From the NCBI GenBank assembly GCA_964016885.1, contig OZ024742.1, forward strand, positions 294,314,001 through 294,378,000: DNA of 64,000 nt. The letters run 5' to 3'. Source of the stretch: Eledone cirrhosa (lineage: Eukaryota). This document shows, one piece after another, positions 37,966 through 51,252 of the stretch. Numbering within the stretch: position 1 is the stretch's first letter; every line of letters begins with the position of its first letter. The notes under the pieces were generated by a model. That model was not told the DNA's origin, ran no database searches, and was given only the letters and a program-made list of their open reading frames with translations. The position numbers were made by a program, and so were the translations under genes.

Positions 37966-38362
37966 CCCTTTTGTGACCCTATTTTCAACACATATTCTGT
38001 CCGAGAGGTTGTGAAATAACTAACTTTCAACTTAAAAAAACAACATATTTAACTACTGAAATCTTGGATTATCTGTGATGTAATAATGAGATTTTTGTGA
38101 ATGATTTGTATTTAAATTTAACCCTTTAGTATTTCCATTACTCTATATTTACTATTGTATTTTCGCAGTAACGGCTTTATCTCACATAATTATTTCACAT
38201 AATATAAAATCTATGAGATTTTGATATTATTTATTTTGAGAACAATACCTGTTATGGTCAGTTTGAAGAGAAAGAGGTGAGAGAATTCTGACCGGATATG
38301 GGTAAATGTTAAAGGGTTAAACATCTTAACATTTCAATGGAGGTGGATTAATGTTAAAAGGG
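37966..38362. mobile_element. piggyBac-type MITE (CCCTTTT termini) containing a nested MITE
   Basis: TTAA|CCCTTTTGTGAC ... GTTAAAAGGG|TTAA. Confidence 0.7.
38122..38316. mobile_element. piggyBac-type MITE of the 7912 family, nested
   Basis: TTAA|CCCTTTAGTATTT ... AAATGTTAAAGGG|TTAA. Confidence 0.87.
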
Positions 38363-39727
38363 TTAAAGTGTGTTACACTTTGATAAAATCACCATGGAGC
38401 TACTTATAGCTAACCTGTTTCCACATAGTTGCTGCATTGTTAATATTAATGTAAAATTGCACAAGTCTGCAATGCAATTTATATGATAATGATTTACAAA
38501 AGAAACAAGTCAATAAATATTAGTCAGAGAAAAATAATAAAAAAAAAAAAGAAAGAGAAGACATGCACATTCAGTTACACTCTATCAACGTTCTTCGTAA
38601 GCTGCGTGGCCATGCAGTCACTGTATTGGTGTTGTGCATGCAAATTGTTGCTGCTCAGTAGCTTTGAATTGTTGCCATGCAATAGCTTTGAATAAAAAAT
38701 ATAACAGGGAATGCTGGTATCTCCCCCTGGAAGTTTTTGAGGTAAGCTCACACTCACCAATATTGCTGTGGATTATAGTGAAGCTAAGGTGGTGGAATAA
38801 CCAAATGCTCTAATGAGCATCAACTGATACTTCAGTAAGGCGAATCACTAATAACAAAAACCTCAATGTCAAGCAATCTAACTCCTCTGAACATCTTGAA
38901 TATCAAAAGTTGAAAAATGAAATTTGAAGGTGTTGGACTCGTTATCATAAGATTATGGGTTTGATTCTTGGTTTGGGCAGTGTGTTGTGTTCTGGAGCAA
39001 AACACTTCATTTCACATTACTTTCCATGATAGGACTAGGGCTCTTCGATCATTAAAACACATGAGATGTAAGAGGCCAGCTGCATAAGTATAAGTTATGA
39101 ATTTTTTTTTATTTTTTTTTACCAATGGCTATGCACCCTCATGAATATCTTCAACAATTGCCTCTTCTCTTTTATAATAAGTGAATGAATTGATTGTGGT
39201 TACTGTTGCTATTGATGTTCTGGGTGCAATGTTGAAATGTTGAACAATTATAAGGTTTATTACATTGATATATTTCTAAATTTTGTGCAGTTATCTTTTG
39301 GAAACGTTATCATGAGGTGTCCAGATAAGGTAACAAAAAGTTGTTTATTTCAAGTGATTACTTCAAATTTTTTAATCTCATTTATGTTAATGGCACATGG
39401 CTTAGTGGTTAGGTTGATCAGAAGGTCTGGTGTTTCTGGTGTTTGATTATCAGTGACACCTTGTGTTCTTGAACAAAACACTTTATTTCAGATTGTTCCA
39501 GTCCATTCAATAATAAAAAAAAAAAATGAGTTGCAATTGTGATCCAAAGGGGTAGCCTTATCACAGTTTGTGTCACACTGAATTTTACTGAGAGTTACAT
39601 TAAGGATACATGTTTCTGTGGAATGCCTAGCCACTTGCACATTAATTCGGGTTATCTATTAATCAAACTACTGGAACCAATCTACTACTGTTGTACACTG
39701 CTCTACTAATTCTGCCAATCCACCAAC

Positions 39728-40205
39728 AATAATGGTTTCTACTTTTTGGCACAAGGCCAGCAAATACCCAGTGCATTACTGGTGCTTTATTTTATTGACC
39801 CTGTAAGGGTGAAAGGCAAAGTTAACCTTGGCAGGATTTGAACTCAGACTGTAAAGGGCTGTAACTCTATGCTGCAAAGCATGGCGTCTGACCCTCTACC
39901 TATAATAATAATAATAATGGTTTCTTATATAGGCACAAGGCCAGCAATTTTGGGGAAGGGGAAAGTCCATTAAATTGACTCCAGTGCATTACTGGTACTT
40001 TCTTTTAATCGACTCCATAAAGATGGAGGAAAAGGAAGAAATTTGAAGGGAGGCAAATAGTTTGTTTTATTGACCCCAGCATTTGACTGGTACTTTATTT
40101 TATGGACATCAGAAGGATGAATGGCAAAGTTGACCTCAGTGGGATTTGAATGGAATATCACCAGAAATTTTGTCTGGCAGTCTAAGAATTCTTCCAATCC
40201 ACTAC
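39728..40205 (-). mobile_element. Tandem SINE copies (abundant family)
   Basis: Two GGCACAAGGCCAGCAA starts at about 39748 and 39932, with cores and B boxes. Confidence 0.82.
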
Positions 40206-40342
40206 TGCTGTAGAAAATTGCTAATGACTGTAACTGAATATAATACTGTCTGTTAACTCATTGGTATCTCAGTAACATCTTTTATATTCATAAAGTTTCT
40301 GTCAACCATGTCAATGAAACCTTACATGTTAAAATAATATCA

Positions 40343-40381
<39 letters not shown>

Positions 40382-40571
40382 CATAATAATCTGGGTCAGT
40401 TTTCTCTGGATGGAATAATTGCAACACAAGTTTAGGAAATATCATTTTAAGTGGTGATAATCACCATCATAATCATTGTTTTTACACACTGGCATAGGTT
40501 AGATAAAAAAAAATTTGAGGCAGAATTCTATGGCTCAACATTTATTTATTTTTAACTCTTTCATTCACACA

Positions 40572-40850
40572 TCTATATTACTAAAACAGAGAATGTCTGT
40601 TTGTCTGTCTGCCTGTCTGTACAATCACTAAAACTCGAGAACCACCCAACCGATTGTTTTCAAACTTTACACATGTAATACTTATGGTCCTATTGAGTGT
40701 TCTGAGCAAAAAGAATTTCAAATTTTAAATGCCCTAGGGACCGCATTAGGCGATTTAGCGATCTCTTTCTCTTTTTAGATAGATACATAGATATTACGTT
40801 GCGCCCTTATAATATCTGTCTGTATGCCTGGCTGTCTGCATTACGTCATT
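40572..40850 (+). mobile_element. Non-autonomous Helitron-like element, 5' part
   Basis: A|TCTATATTACTAAAA start, (GTCT)n, AACCGATT..TTTCAAAC motif; 40730-40850 is the reverse complement of 60730-60870, which links to a canonical Helitron 3' end. Confidence 0.68.
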
Positions 40851-40875
40851 ATGACTGCGTGTGTGTGTATATATA

Positions 40876-40913
<38 letters not shown>

Positions 40914-40919
<6 letters not shown>

Positions 40920-41694
40920 CATGGCAGTGAGACCTGGGCATTGTGTGCAGAGGATATACGCAGACTAGAGAGGAATGAAGCTTGCATGCTCCGCTGGATG
41001 TGTAACAGTAATATACGTGAACGGCAAAGCATAAACGAACTAAGGAAAAAATTAGAAATAAGAGGGATCAAATGTTGTTTACTTGAGAGAACGCTACGTT
41101 GGTATGGTCACGTGATGCGCATGAAAGACGATAGCTGTATAACAAAGTGCAGGGCAATAAAGATAGACGGTAGCCATGGAATAGGCAGTCCCAGAAAAAC
41201 CTGGGACGAGCTGATAAATTCCGACCTCACACACTTACACCTCTCCAAGACAATGTCACTGGACCGAGACCTTTGGCGGTACTCAGTAATAGAGAAGACC
41301 CGCCTTACCTAAATACAAAGTAAAACCTACTACAGTCACTAGACATCTCTAACAAAATACACCCCCGTCCCACCACCCCCACCCCATCCACACCGCCCCT
41401 TTCAATGTAAAGTTATGTTGGTGCCACACCATCCAAGCCGAAACAAATGAGATCGTGTAGGTGTCACGATAAAAAAAACACACAGTCCACGCTGTAATGT
41501 GGCCGTGTAGGCAACACAGTAAAAACCTCCCAGCCCCACACTGTAAATGTGGTTAGGAAGGGCATCCAGCTGTAGAAAACCCGCCAGATAGTCCTATGCG
41601 AGCAAGACAATCACTCTTGCCTCAAGTGGGAAAACCCCCGTCCAAACCCATGCAAGCGTGGAACACGGACGTTAGACGTTGATGATGATGATGA
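40914..41694 (+). mobile_element. 5'-truncated RTE LINE with (GAT)n tail
   Basis: MLHGSETWAL...LRWYGHVMRMKDD...PRKTW; 3'UTR with GGAAGGGCATCCAGCTGTAGAAA; near-identical to 47490-48114. Confidence 0.92.
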
Positions 41695-41733
41695 TAGTGT
41701 GTAATGTATTTCGAAATATTTACTTCTGCGTTC

Positions 41734-41809
41734 ACAGATTTATTATTTTAGTTTCAGAAGATCCCGTTAAGGGTGAAAGCAGCGATTCTCTGCTTAAACT
41801 TTAATCTGT
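41734..41809 (+). ncRNA. Variant hammerhead-like fold
   Basis: Stem I ACAGATT..AGTTT / AAACT..AATCTGT; core CAGAAGA (U4A); CCC/GGG stem II; GAAA; GCAG/CTGC stem III; CUU triplet. The core deviates from consensus. Confidence 0.35.
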
Positions 41810-42029
41810 TATTTTAATATATATATAATTATATATTCGTGTACAGATATTTTTGCATACACATATAAACAAAAGTATTTATTTTGCGATAAAGTATTGA
41901 TTTTTTCTTCGAACGGAAAAAACCCCTGGTAATGTACGACATTAAGCACAAAATGTAGACACCAACCAGAGGCCGAGGTATTCCGTACTTCTCTGTACTG
42001 TTATTTATATATTCGTGTACAGATATCAA

Positions 42030-42720
42030 TCATCATCATTATTTAATGTCCATTTCTCCATGCTAACATGGGTTAGACAAGTTGTCCCATTGCGAGATAA
42101 GCTGGTCAGATGACCATGTCTTGCTCATAAAGAACTGATTTTGTCTTGGTTTCTACAGCCGGATGCGCTTCCTAACACCAACTACATTTACAGTGACACC
42201 TACATGATCACTCTTTAGTGTGGACTGGTCGTTTTTTTTGTCGTGTCATAAATGTGTTTATTTTGTGGTTATATATTAGTATATGTGATGGTGCTTAACC
42301 AAGTGGTTAGGGTGTTTGGCTCATGATTATAGAGATATTTGATGTAATTCCCTGAATGGGTAATATGTTGTGTTATTTTCCCATTGTTGCAGTTCACTCA
42401 GCTGAAAATGAGTACCAGTAGTAACTGGGGGGTTAATCCTGTAATATATATATAGAGAGAGAGAGGGGGGGGGTGATGTGCTCCTGCATGGAGATGGTCC
42501 ATCTTCCACGCTAGCATGGGTTAGACGGGTTTGTCCCATTTAGAGGCAAGTTGGGTCGGGTGAGCATGTCTCGCTCATATAGGACTGTTTCTGGCTGCTT
42601 TTCTATGGCTAGATGCCCTTCATAGCACCAACCACATTTAGAGTGTGTGCTAGGTGCTCTTTACCGTCTTTTACACAACCACTTTACAGTGTGGGCTGGA
42701 TGTTTTGTGGTGCCAACATA
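42030..42720 (-). mobile_element. RTE 3'UTR-derived fragments with an intervening SINE head
   Basis: CCA(C/T)GCTA(G/A)CATGGGTTAGAC and GGATGC..TTCCTAACACCAAC motifs at about 42058 and 42506; plus-strand SINE head at 42290-42442. Confidence 0.65.
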
Positions 42721-42819
42721 ACACAACACACACATATATATATTATTCAAATATATACACACACACACACACACACATATATCATGGTAATGGTCTATAT
42801 ATTTGTGTGTATATACATA

Positions 42820-44703
42820 TATCATCATCATCTCTGTCTTACATCCATTTTCCACGCTAGCATGGGTTAGACAGGTTGTCCTGTTGTTGGCAATGCTAGG
42901 TCAGGTGACCATGCCTTGCTCATACAGGACTGATACTGGCCTGGTTTCTACAGCTGGATGCCTCTCCTAACGCAAACTTCATTTACAGTGAATACTGGGT
43001 GCTTTTTATTGTGACGCCTACACGACCACTTTACAGTGTGGGCTGGGTGCTTTTTATTGTGACGCCTACACGACCACTTTACAGTGAGTACTGGGTGCTT
43101 TTTATTGTGACGCCTACACGACCACTTTACAGTGAGTACTGGGTGCTTTTTATTGTGACGCCTACACGACCACTTTACAGTGTGGGCTGGGTGCTTTTTA
43201 TTGTGACACCTACACGACCACTTTACAGTGTGGGCTGGGTGCTTTTTATTGTGACGCCTACACGACCACTTTACAGTGTGGGCTGGGTGCTTTTTATTGT
43301 GACACCTACACGACCACTTTACAGTGTGGGCTGGGTGCTTTTTATTGTGACGCCTACACGACCACTTTACAGTGTGGGCTGGGTGCTTTTTATTGTGACA
43401 CCTACACGACCACTTTACAGTGTGGGCTGGGTGCTTTTTGTCGTGACACCTACACGACCACTTTACAGTGTGGGCTGGGTGCTTTTTCGTGACGCCTACA
43501 CAACCACTTTACCATGAGGGCTGGGTGCTTTTTGTCGTGACACCTACATGACCTCGTTACGGTGAGGCTGGGTGCTTTTTGTCGTGACACCTACACGACC
43601 ACTTTACAGTGAGGGCTGGGGTCTTCACTGGATGCATTTATTTTGGCCTGTCCTCATGGGGGTGTATGGGAGGGTTGGTTTGGGCATACTGTATATATGC
43701 TTTGGCTTGTGCTCATGGGAAGTCCGGTCTTCTGTATTACTGTGTATCGCCAGAGATCTCAGTCATTTGTCATCATATTTGAGAGGTGCAATTGGGCAAG
43801 GCCAGCCTTTATCACCTTATCCCAAGTCTTTCTGGGTCTCCCCACTCCAAGGCTTCCATTGACTTTGAGCGCTCTGCACTTTTTTATGCAGCTATCATCC
43901 TTCATATGCATCACATGTCCATGCCAATGCAGTCTCCTCTCCTGCACACAGCATTTGATTCCTCTTATGCCTAGTTTCTTTCTCAGTTCATTTAGGCTTC
44001 ACCGTTCTCGTATATTACTATTACACATCCATCTGAGCATGCAAGCTTCATTTCTGTCCAATCTATGCAAGTCTTCTGCACACAGTGCCCAGGTCTCACT
44101 ACCATGCAACATAGTTGTTCATATGCACACATCATACAGTCTGCCTTTCATTCTGAGAGAAGCCTTTTGTAGCTAGCAGTGATAGTAGCTCCCTGAACTT
44201 CTTTCATCCCATTCTTACTCTGGCTACTGTACTTTCAGAACACCCACCAGTGCTGCTAATTCGGTCACTTAAGTAGCAGTAGCTGTCTACTGTTTCTACA
44301 GAGCCCTCCCAGAATTTGGTAGTACTTGTTTCCTGCAGTGGTTTGCTGCTTACTGTTCCAGTGCAACTGCTACATGTAAAGCCTACATTCTTAGCTAAAC
44401 TTCCTGAGATCCCACTTCATCTCTTGTGTAACCATAGTTTGCATATGGGGCAGAGGATGGAGTTTCTACTTATACCTTTCCTACATACAGAACAAGGCCA
44501 TTTCCCCGAGGAGATCTGGCTTCTGTTTTCTCTTCTACTTACTAGGATCTTAGTCTTTGTCAGGTTGACTTTAAAACCCTTTCTTTCTAGGCCCTGCTTT
44601 CATGTTTGGAATTTCTTTAGTTTCACCATAGATTCAGCTATGAGTGTAAGATCATCTGTGTACAGAAGTTCCCATGGGCAGCCGGTCTTAAACTCCTCAG
44701 TTA
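42820..44703 (-). mobile_element. 5'-truncated degenerate RTE LINE with an expanded minisatellite in its 3'UTR
   Basis: Co-linear with 60914-62240; begins at EEFKTGCPWELLYTDDL; (CAT)n tail at 42822. Confidence 0.9.
42981..43620. repeat. 48 bp minisatellite, about 13 units
   Basis: CTGGGTGCTTTTTATTGTGAC(G/A)CCTACACGACCACTTTACAGTG(TGGG/AGTA) repeated. Confidence 0.96.
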
Positions 44704-45483
44704 TCCACTCAGCACTTCATAAAAGTCCAAGAGATTGGCTATGTATATATATGAGAGAAGAGAGTGTATATATATATCGAAAGTCGATCGACAAGATCCC
44801 AGACCTCATTTGCTTAACGAGTAGGGTGGAGCTCATCAAATCGGACTGAGGAAACAATGTTTCTGTTGGTCTTTCCAATTGCTAATACTATCTGTCGGTC
44901 GCAAATCTAAGCAGAAGGAGCAACATGGAATAAAGTGTCTTGCTCACGGACATAATGCATCGCCCATATATATTAATATACACATATACACTCTCATCAT
45001 CATTTTACAACCTTTTTTCCCATGCTTGTATGGGCTGTGGACAATATATATAATGTATAGTTATTAGTGTATATAGTGAGTTATTATCTGAAGATTATTA
45101 TTGAAGTGATTATCTGGTTAATACATTTGATCAAGTTACAATGATTATTGATGTACATAGCTGTTGTTCTTTTTCTTTTAGTTATTGATCTGTGATTTAC
45201 TTATATTTCCTGTATTACTGATCTGGCTTCTGTTCAATATATTTTCTGTGGTCAGACATTCATTGAAAGACATCAAATATAGACTTGATTTTTGATTAAT
45301 TAACCAAGTTTTTAATTAATGTATTGCATTTTTTTTAATTTTTTTTTTTAGAAAAGTCATCATTTTTATTTTTTCGTTAATTGATCGTCGTGTTTTCTAG
45401 AATATGACACAATTTTTTACCCACCCCCGCAAAAAAAAAAATGGAAAAATCTGCCTGTCACCTATGCACTGAAGGTATCAAAA

Positions 45484-45785
45484 ATAATAATGGTTTCTAA
45501 TTTAGGCACAAGGCCAGTAATTTTGGGAGCGGGGAAAGTCAATTAAATTGACCCCAGTGTGTTACTTGTACTTTAATTTATCAACCCTGTATGGATGAAA
45601 GGCAAAGCTAACCTCGGCGGGATTTGAAATCAGAACGCAAAGGGCCGTAATTCTATGCGCCAAAGCATGTCTGACGATACTGCCAATCCACTGCCCTCTT
45701 GAAGGTATAAATAATTGTTTCTACTTTTGGCACAAGGCCAGCAATTATCCAGGATATTACTGGTACTTTATTTTATCGACCCCAG
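45484..45785 (-). mobile_element. Two adjacent SINE copies (abundant family)
   Basis: Near-full copy 45484-45697 flanked by TGAAGGTAT-like duplication; partial copy 45712-45785. Confidence 0.82.
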
Positions 45786-45999
45786 AGATGTTAAGAGTTA
45801 AACTGCAAAATGAAAGAAATATTTGTGAGTATTAGTTATTATCAGTTTCCTGATCAACTATTTAGGGTACCTTCTGTTGATAGTTTTCTCATGGTTAAAC
45901 TATAATCCTTTCCAGTAGTCTCAGTAAATTTTTTAACACATTACTACTGTGTGCTATCATCCACAGTAACAAAATAGAAACAAAGAAATATATATCTAT

Positions 46000-46336
46000 T
46001 TTTGAATCTCGAATAATCACCCCTCCCTCCTCCCTTCTATTTTGCTAATATATATCCAGCAAAATTTTATTTTAAGTGGTAGCTTTCCTGCGACAATTTT
46101 CTATATACGTTAAAAAACATACATGACAAAAAAAGTACATTATTAGAAATCCCATACATTATAAAATAAATAGGATGGGTTGGAGGTCTCATTATGTAAA
46201 CTAAACAACAAATTCTGGTTTTTTGAAAAAGATCAAGAGAGACAACCAAGTAAAATTATCGATTTTCCACCACCCTTCTCCCACTTACTCCAACTCCCCT
46301 GTTTATCACCCCCACCCCCGTTTATTCCTCCCTCCT
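46000..46336. mobile_element. TA-flanked MITE of the 4180 family
   Basis: AAATTTTATTTTAAGTGGTAGC.TTCCTGCGACAATT shared; ends ACCTGAGGG|TA. Confidence 0.7.
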
Positions 46337-47488
46337 ATTATTTGTAACCTGAGGGTATGTGAATTAATAGAGAAGCTGTTTCACCATTGTTTGTTAAAAG
46401 TTAATCTATATTATAAGAGCCGTACAGCATTTTTGTTGGCTGTCATGAAATCTGTGTCAAAAATAAAAAAAAAATTTTTTGTAGAATTCATTGAATACAA
46501 ATGTAAGATAAAAAAAAGGGATGGGGTGAAGGTGAAGGGGTGCAAATATTCTGAATATTCTAAAATACTTTCATTGTGTCATATCAGAAATCAGCATCTC
46601 TCTATCTAGCTGCCTGCCTGCCAATGTGGCAGTGTGTGTGTGTGTATATGTATATATATATATATATATACACACACACATACACATTGCCAGCTGTTAA
46701 TACTTGTGGCTTATACATATATATAAATATATATAAATATTTATTATTAGTACAGATTAAAGTTTAAGCAGAGAATTCTTAATTCGGATTTTGGTCTTCA
46801 TAATTATTATTACTATATATATATATAGGTGCAGGCATGGCTGTGTGGGTAAAAAGTTTGATTCACAGCCACATGGTTTAGGATTCAATCTGAAGGGTCA
46901 CGGGTATGGGTGTATGATAAAGAAGTTCACTTTTCAATCACATGGTTTTATTAGGTTTGATTCCATGTTGGGCAAGTGTCTTCTAGTAAAGCTTCAAATA
47001 GATCAATGCTTCGTGAGCAACATGCCCACTCATTTTCTTCAACTGCTGAGAGGAATGTTTGATGGTGTGGGCCAAAATATTTTAAATTCAAATCTCCTGA
47101 GTGGCAACATTTTGCTGAGCATGTTAACACCAGGAAAGACAGCCGGCTGTAAAACATTGCCCAAAAAAGAACCTCCATAATCAATATAAAATCTTACATG
47201 ATGTTGCACAAAGCTAACAACTGCTTTAGCGAGAGAAGTGGATCTTAAAACTCTTGTAATGGCGAATAAAAAATATCTAAATAGCTGCTACTGAGCAGCT
47301 AAGAGGAGATGTCACTTCTGAGTGAAATTTGCTATATAGTAACTGTTTGGAAATCCAACATGTGTATTATGTATGTAAATGTGTGGTTTAGTGTTTGTGT
47401 GTATCTTTGCATGTAAGTATGGAAAGGGTTGTAACAATTCTGATAATCCCTTAATACACACAGTGTGGGTGTGTTTATTTATATATAT

Positions 47489-48114
47489 AAATGTTGTTTA
47501 CTAGAGAGAAGGCTACGTTGGTATGGTCACGTGATGCGCATGAAGGACGATAGCTGTATAACAAAGTGCAGGGCAATAAAGATAGACGGTAGCCACGGAA
47601 TAGGCAGACCCAGAAAAACCTGGGACGAGCTGATAAACTCCGACCTCACACACTTACACCTCACCAAGACAATGTCACTGGACCGAGACCTTTGGCGGTA
47701 CTCAGTAATAGAGAAGACCCGCCTTACCTAAATACAAAGTAAAACCTACTACAGTCAGTAGGCATCTCTAACAAAATACCCCCCCCCCCCCCCCCCCCTC
47801 ATCCACACCGCCCCCTTCTATGTAAAGTTATGTTGGTGCCACACCATCCAGGCCGAAACAAATGAGATCGTGTAGGTGTCACGACAAAAAAACACACAGT
47901 CCACGCTGTAATGTGGCCGTGTAGGCAACACGGTAAAAACCTCCCAGACCCACACTGTAAATGTGGTTGGTGTTAGGAAGGGCATCCAACTGTAGAAAAC
48001 CTGCCAGACAGTCCTATGCGAGCAAGACAATCACTCTTGCCTCAAGTGGGAAAACCCCCGTCCAAACCCATGCAAGCGTGGAACACGGACGTTAAACGTT
48101 GATGATGATGATGA
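47489..48114 (+). mobile_element. 5'-truncated RTE LINE with (GAT)n tail
   Basis: CCLLERRLRWYGHVMRMKDDSC...GRPRKTW; near-identical to 41070-41694; preceded by (TA)n. Confidence 0.92.
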
Positions 48115-48607
48115 TATATATATGTATGTATGTATGTATGTATAAGGTGAGGGCTAGGTGTGTATACAGTGGAATACTTAAAGTAAAAGTACTTTAAAGC
48201 TACTTTAATAGGATAAACTAGTTTTTCTCTTCCTCTCAATTTTAATGTGATGATAGTTGCCGGTATAGTGTGTTGTGTATATAGTGGTGGTGTGGTGATG
48301 GCATGGTGTGTTATGGGTGGTGGAGATATGGTGTGTACTTGTGTAACGATGGTGGTGATGTTGATATGGCATGTACTGTGTGATGATGATGATGGTGGTG
48401 GTATGGCATGTACTGTGTCTGTTCTAATGATATGGAATGTACTGTGTGTTGTGTAATATATTGATAAGTTTTGATGAGTCATTTCTATTGAAAACACAAA
48501 TTGTTAAGTCATCAACACCTTTGCTACTGTTTTAAACTAAAGATTAAAAAAAAACATTTTTGAATTTTGTGAAATAAAAATAAAGATATTGTTTTAACTT
48601 TTAGATA

Positions 48608-49668
48608 TTTGGCAGTATCGGTAGAGAGTCGGACGCCATGCTTTGACGCATTGAGTTACGGCCTTTGCCATTTTGAGTTCAAATCCCGCCGAGGTTAACT
48701 TTGCCTTTCATCCTTACGGGATCGATAAAATAAAGTACCAGTAGTACACTGGGTAATTGCTGGCCTTGTGTCAAAAGTAGAAACAATTATGATAATATAG
48801 GAGGGGATTTGGAAGAGTTGTTAAAATGTTGGATAGAATACTTTATGGTATTTGTTCCGGCTCTCTTGAGTTCAAATCCTGCTGAGGTTAGTTTTACCTT
48901 TTAAGGTCAATAAAAAAAATACCAGTCTAGTAGTACTAGGGTTGATTCTTCTTCTCTCTGGAAGAAATCTGTTGTACTCAGGCCTGGAGAAGGATGGGCT
49001 ACGCCAGGCTTAAAATGCCCAAGAAAAGCTGTGTCAATATAGTGCCCCTATGACTCTACCAGGAGTTATTGGACCATACATACATTCATTACTTACGAGG
49101 TCGATAAAATAAAGTACCAGTCACGCACTGGGGTTGATTGAATCAACTTTCCCCTCCCCTAAAATTGCTGGCCTTGTGCCTATATAAGAAACCACTATTA
49201 CAACAAGCGTTTTAAGGCCTATTTCCCCAGCTAAAGCAGTTGTTAGCTTTGTACAGCATTATGTAAGATTTCATATTGATTATGAGGTTCTTTTGGAGGC
49301 AATGTTTTACAGCCAGATACCTTTCCTGGTGCCAACCTTTTTATTTGCCTCTTACACCAGTGATGGGAACCTTTTCATGTTGAAAAGCCACAATAAGTTA
49401 CTTGTAATATAATAAGACTGCATGCAAGAAACCATAATTATGTATTCTTAAAATCTACATTATTTTATAAAAATCTAATTACTGTGTATTTTGGCAGTAT
49501 CAGTAGAGAGTCGGACGCCATGCTTTGCAGCAAAGAGTTACGGCCCTTTATGGTCCGAGTTCAAATCCCGCCAAGGTTAACTTTGCCTTTCATCCTTACA
49601 GGGTCGATAAAATAAAGTACCAGTAATGTAACTGCTGGCCTTGTGCCAAAAGTAGAAACAATTAATTA
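48608..49668 (+). mobile_element. Cluster of SINE copies (48608-48790, 48810-48945, 49095-49200, 49490-49668)
   Basis: A box TGGCAGTATCGGTAG, B box GAGTTCAAATCCC, shared core and tail. Confidence 0.85.
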
Positions 49669-49822
49669 TTTAAAAAATGAAACAAATTTAATTTTAAAGC
49701 TAACTACCTTTTAATGACTTTATTGTGACTACTTGTTGTAGGAAAGCATTTTGATATTTGGTTGCAACATGGAGGTCTGAAGTAATATAACTTTCTCATG
49801 ATTTGGAAAATAACTTAAAGGT

Positions 49823-50399
49823 TCATCATCATCATCACCGTTTTATGTCCGTTCTTCCATGCTAGCATGGGTTAGACGGGTTGTCCTGTTGTGGGCAGTG
49901 TCTGGTCGGCTGACCAAGCCTTGCTCATACAGGAACTGATTTTGGCTTGATTTCTACAGCTGGATGCCCTTCCGAACACCAACCTCATTTACAGTGAGTG
50001 CTGGGTGCTTTTTTCCGTGGCGCCTACACGTCCACTTTACAGTGTGGACTGGGTGCTTTTTTGCCGTGGCACCTCTACGACCACCTTGCAGGTGTGGGGG
50101 CATTTTGTCTATATGCTTCAGCTTGTACCCATGGGAGGTCGGGTACTCTGTATTACTGCGTGACACCAGAGGTCATGGTCGTGTGTCATCGCTTTTGAGA
50201 GGTGTAATTGGGTAAGGTCGGCTTTTATCACCTCATCCCAGGTCTTGTTGGGTCTCCCCACTCCGCGGTTTCCATTGACTTCTAGTGCTCTGCACCTTTT
50301 TATGCAGCTGTCATCCTTCATACGCATCACATGTCCATACCAACGCAACCGCCTCTCCTGCACACAGCATTTGATTCCTCTTATGCTCAGTCTCTCTCT
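49823..50399 (-). mobile_element. 5'-truncated RTE LINE inserted in a piggyBac-like remnant
   Basis: QERRLRWYGHVMRMKDD...GRPNKTW; (CAT)n tail; the downstream flank ends ATCAAAAGGG|TTAA at about 50643. Confidence 0.9.
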
Positions 50400-51252
50400 T
50401 ACATAAAATTATGTTAGAAGGTTTTTAGATAAATATACTTTTAACACTTTCTTGAATTATTTCTAATGAAATAAATTCTATTCCAAATAATTATTGAAAC
50501 ATTTTTAGGGACTTAGAAAAATTAGTATGATAGTAACTTAACAAGGTTTTTATATAAAATTATGCTGGAAGATTTTGATTTAAAATGAGTGATTTTGTTT
50601 CATAGAACCAAATTTGGTTTTGGAGAGATTTATATCAAAAGGGTTAAACTAAGTTTTGTATCGTAAAACCAGATGTGGTATCAAGTGTTGAATTAGTGTC
50701 TGTTCTTAAAACCCCCAAACAGAATAGGTTGTGAAGTATTTCAAGTATCACATTATTAAGTGAACAGATAATGACATGTCATTGAGACCTCCGGTATCTT
50801 TGGTTCCCTGGCAGCCATTTTCCTCTGCCAAATCAGGATGATCGCATAATATCTAAGGAGGGAGCTCCATGGTTGATATAATGGGTATCACTGGTTGTTC
50901 TTTGCTAATCCTCTGCCATCTTGTCCATGGAAATCAACTTAGATATGCTGTCCAAGCACTTGATGCAGCCAGTATTGATGATTGTTTTCTGGCATTATGC
51001 TATAAAAAGGTTTTAACTGCTATCTGTTTAAAAAAAAATTAAGTAAATAAAATCACCCATTTTAATAGTTTCCAATTTAAATTAAAATTTTCCAACAGAA
51101 CCTTACATTAAGTTACTATCTTAGTAATTAAATATTTAATAATTTTAGTAAATCCTTCATTAATTATTTGAAATAGTGTATTTCATTAGAAATGTGGTCA
51201 TGAAAGAGTTAGGTAACATGGTATTGATTGGACAAATGGAAAGTTAAATAAT

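Noticed and set aside
38483-38760. Short ORFs and a GAG|GTAAGC donor
   Set aside because: No recognisable homology or coding signal.
42999-43517. 172-aa repeat protein or CRISPR-like array
   Set aside because: Contiguous 48 bp tandem units without unique spacers, inside an RTE 3'UTR; eukaryotic context and no cas genes.
48608-48700. tRNA gene (A and B boxes)
   Set aside because: SINE head; no cloverleaf and continuous with the SINE body.
50770-51030. Possible minus-strand exon after a TTTTTTTAAACAG acceptor
   Set aside because: Stops in the frames I read and no recognisable protein motif; cannot be supported without RNA data.
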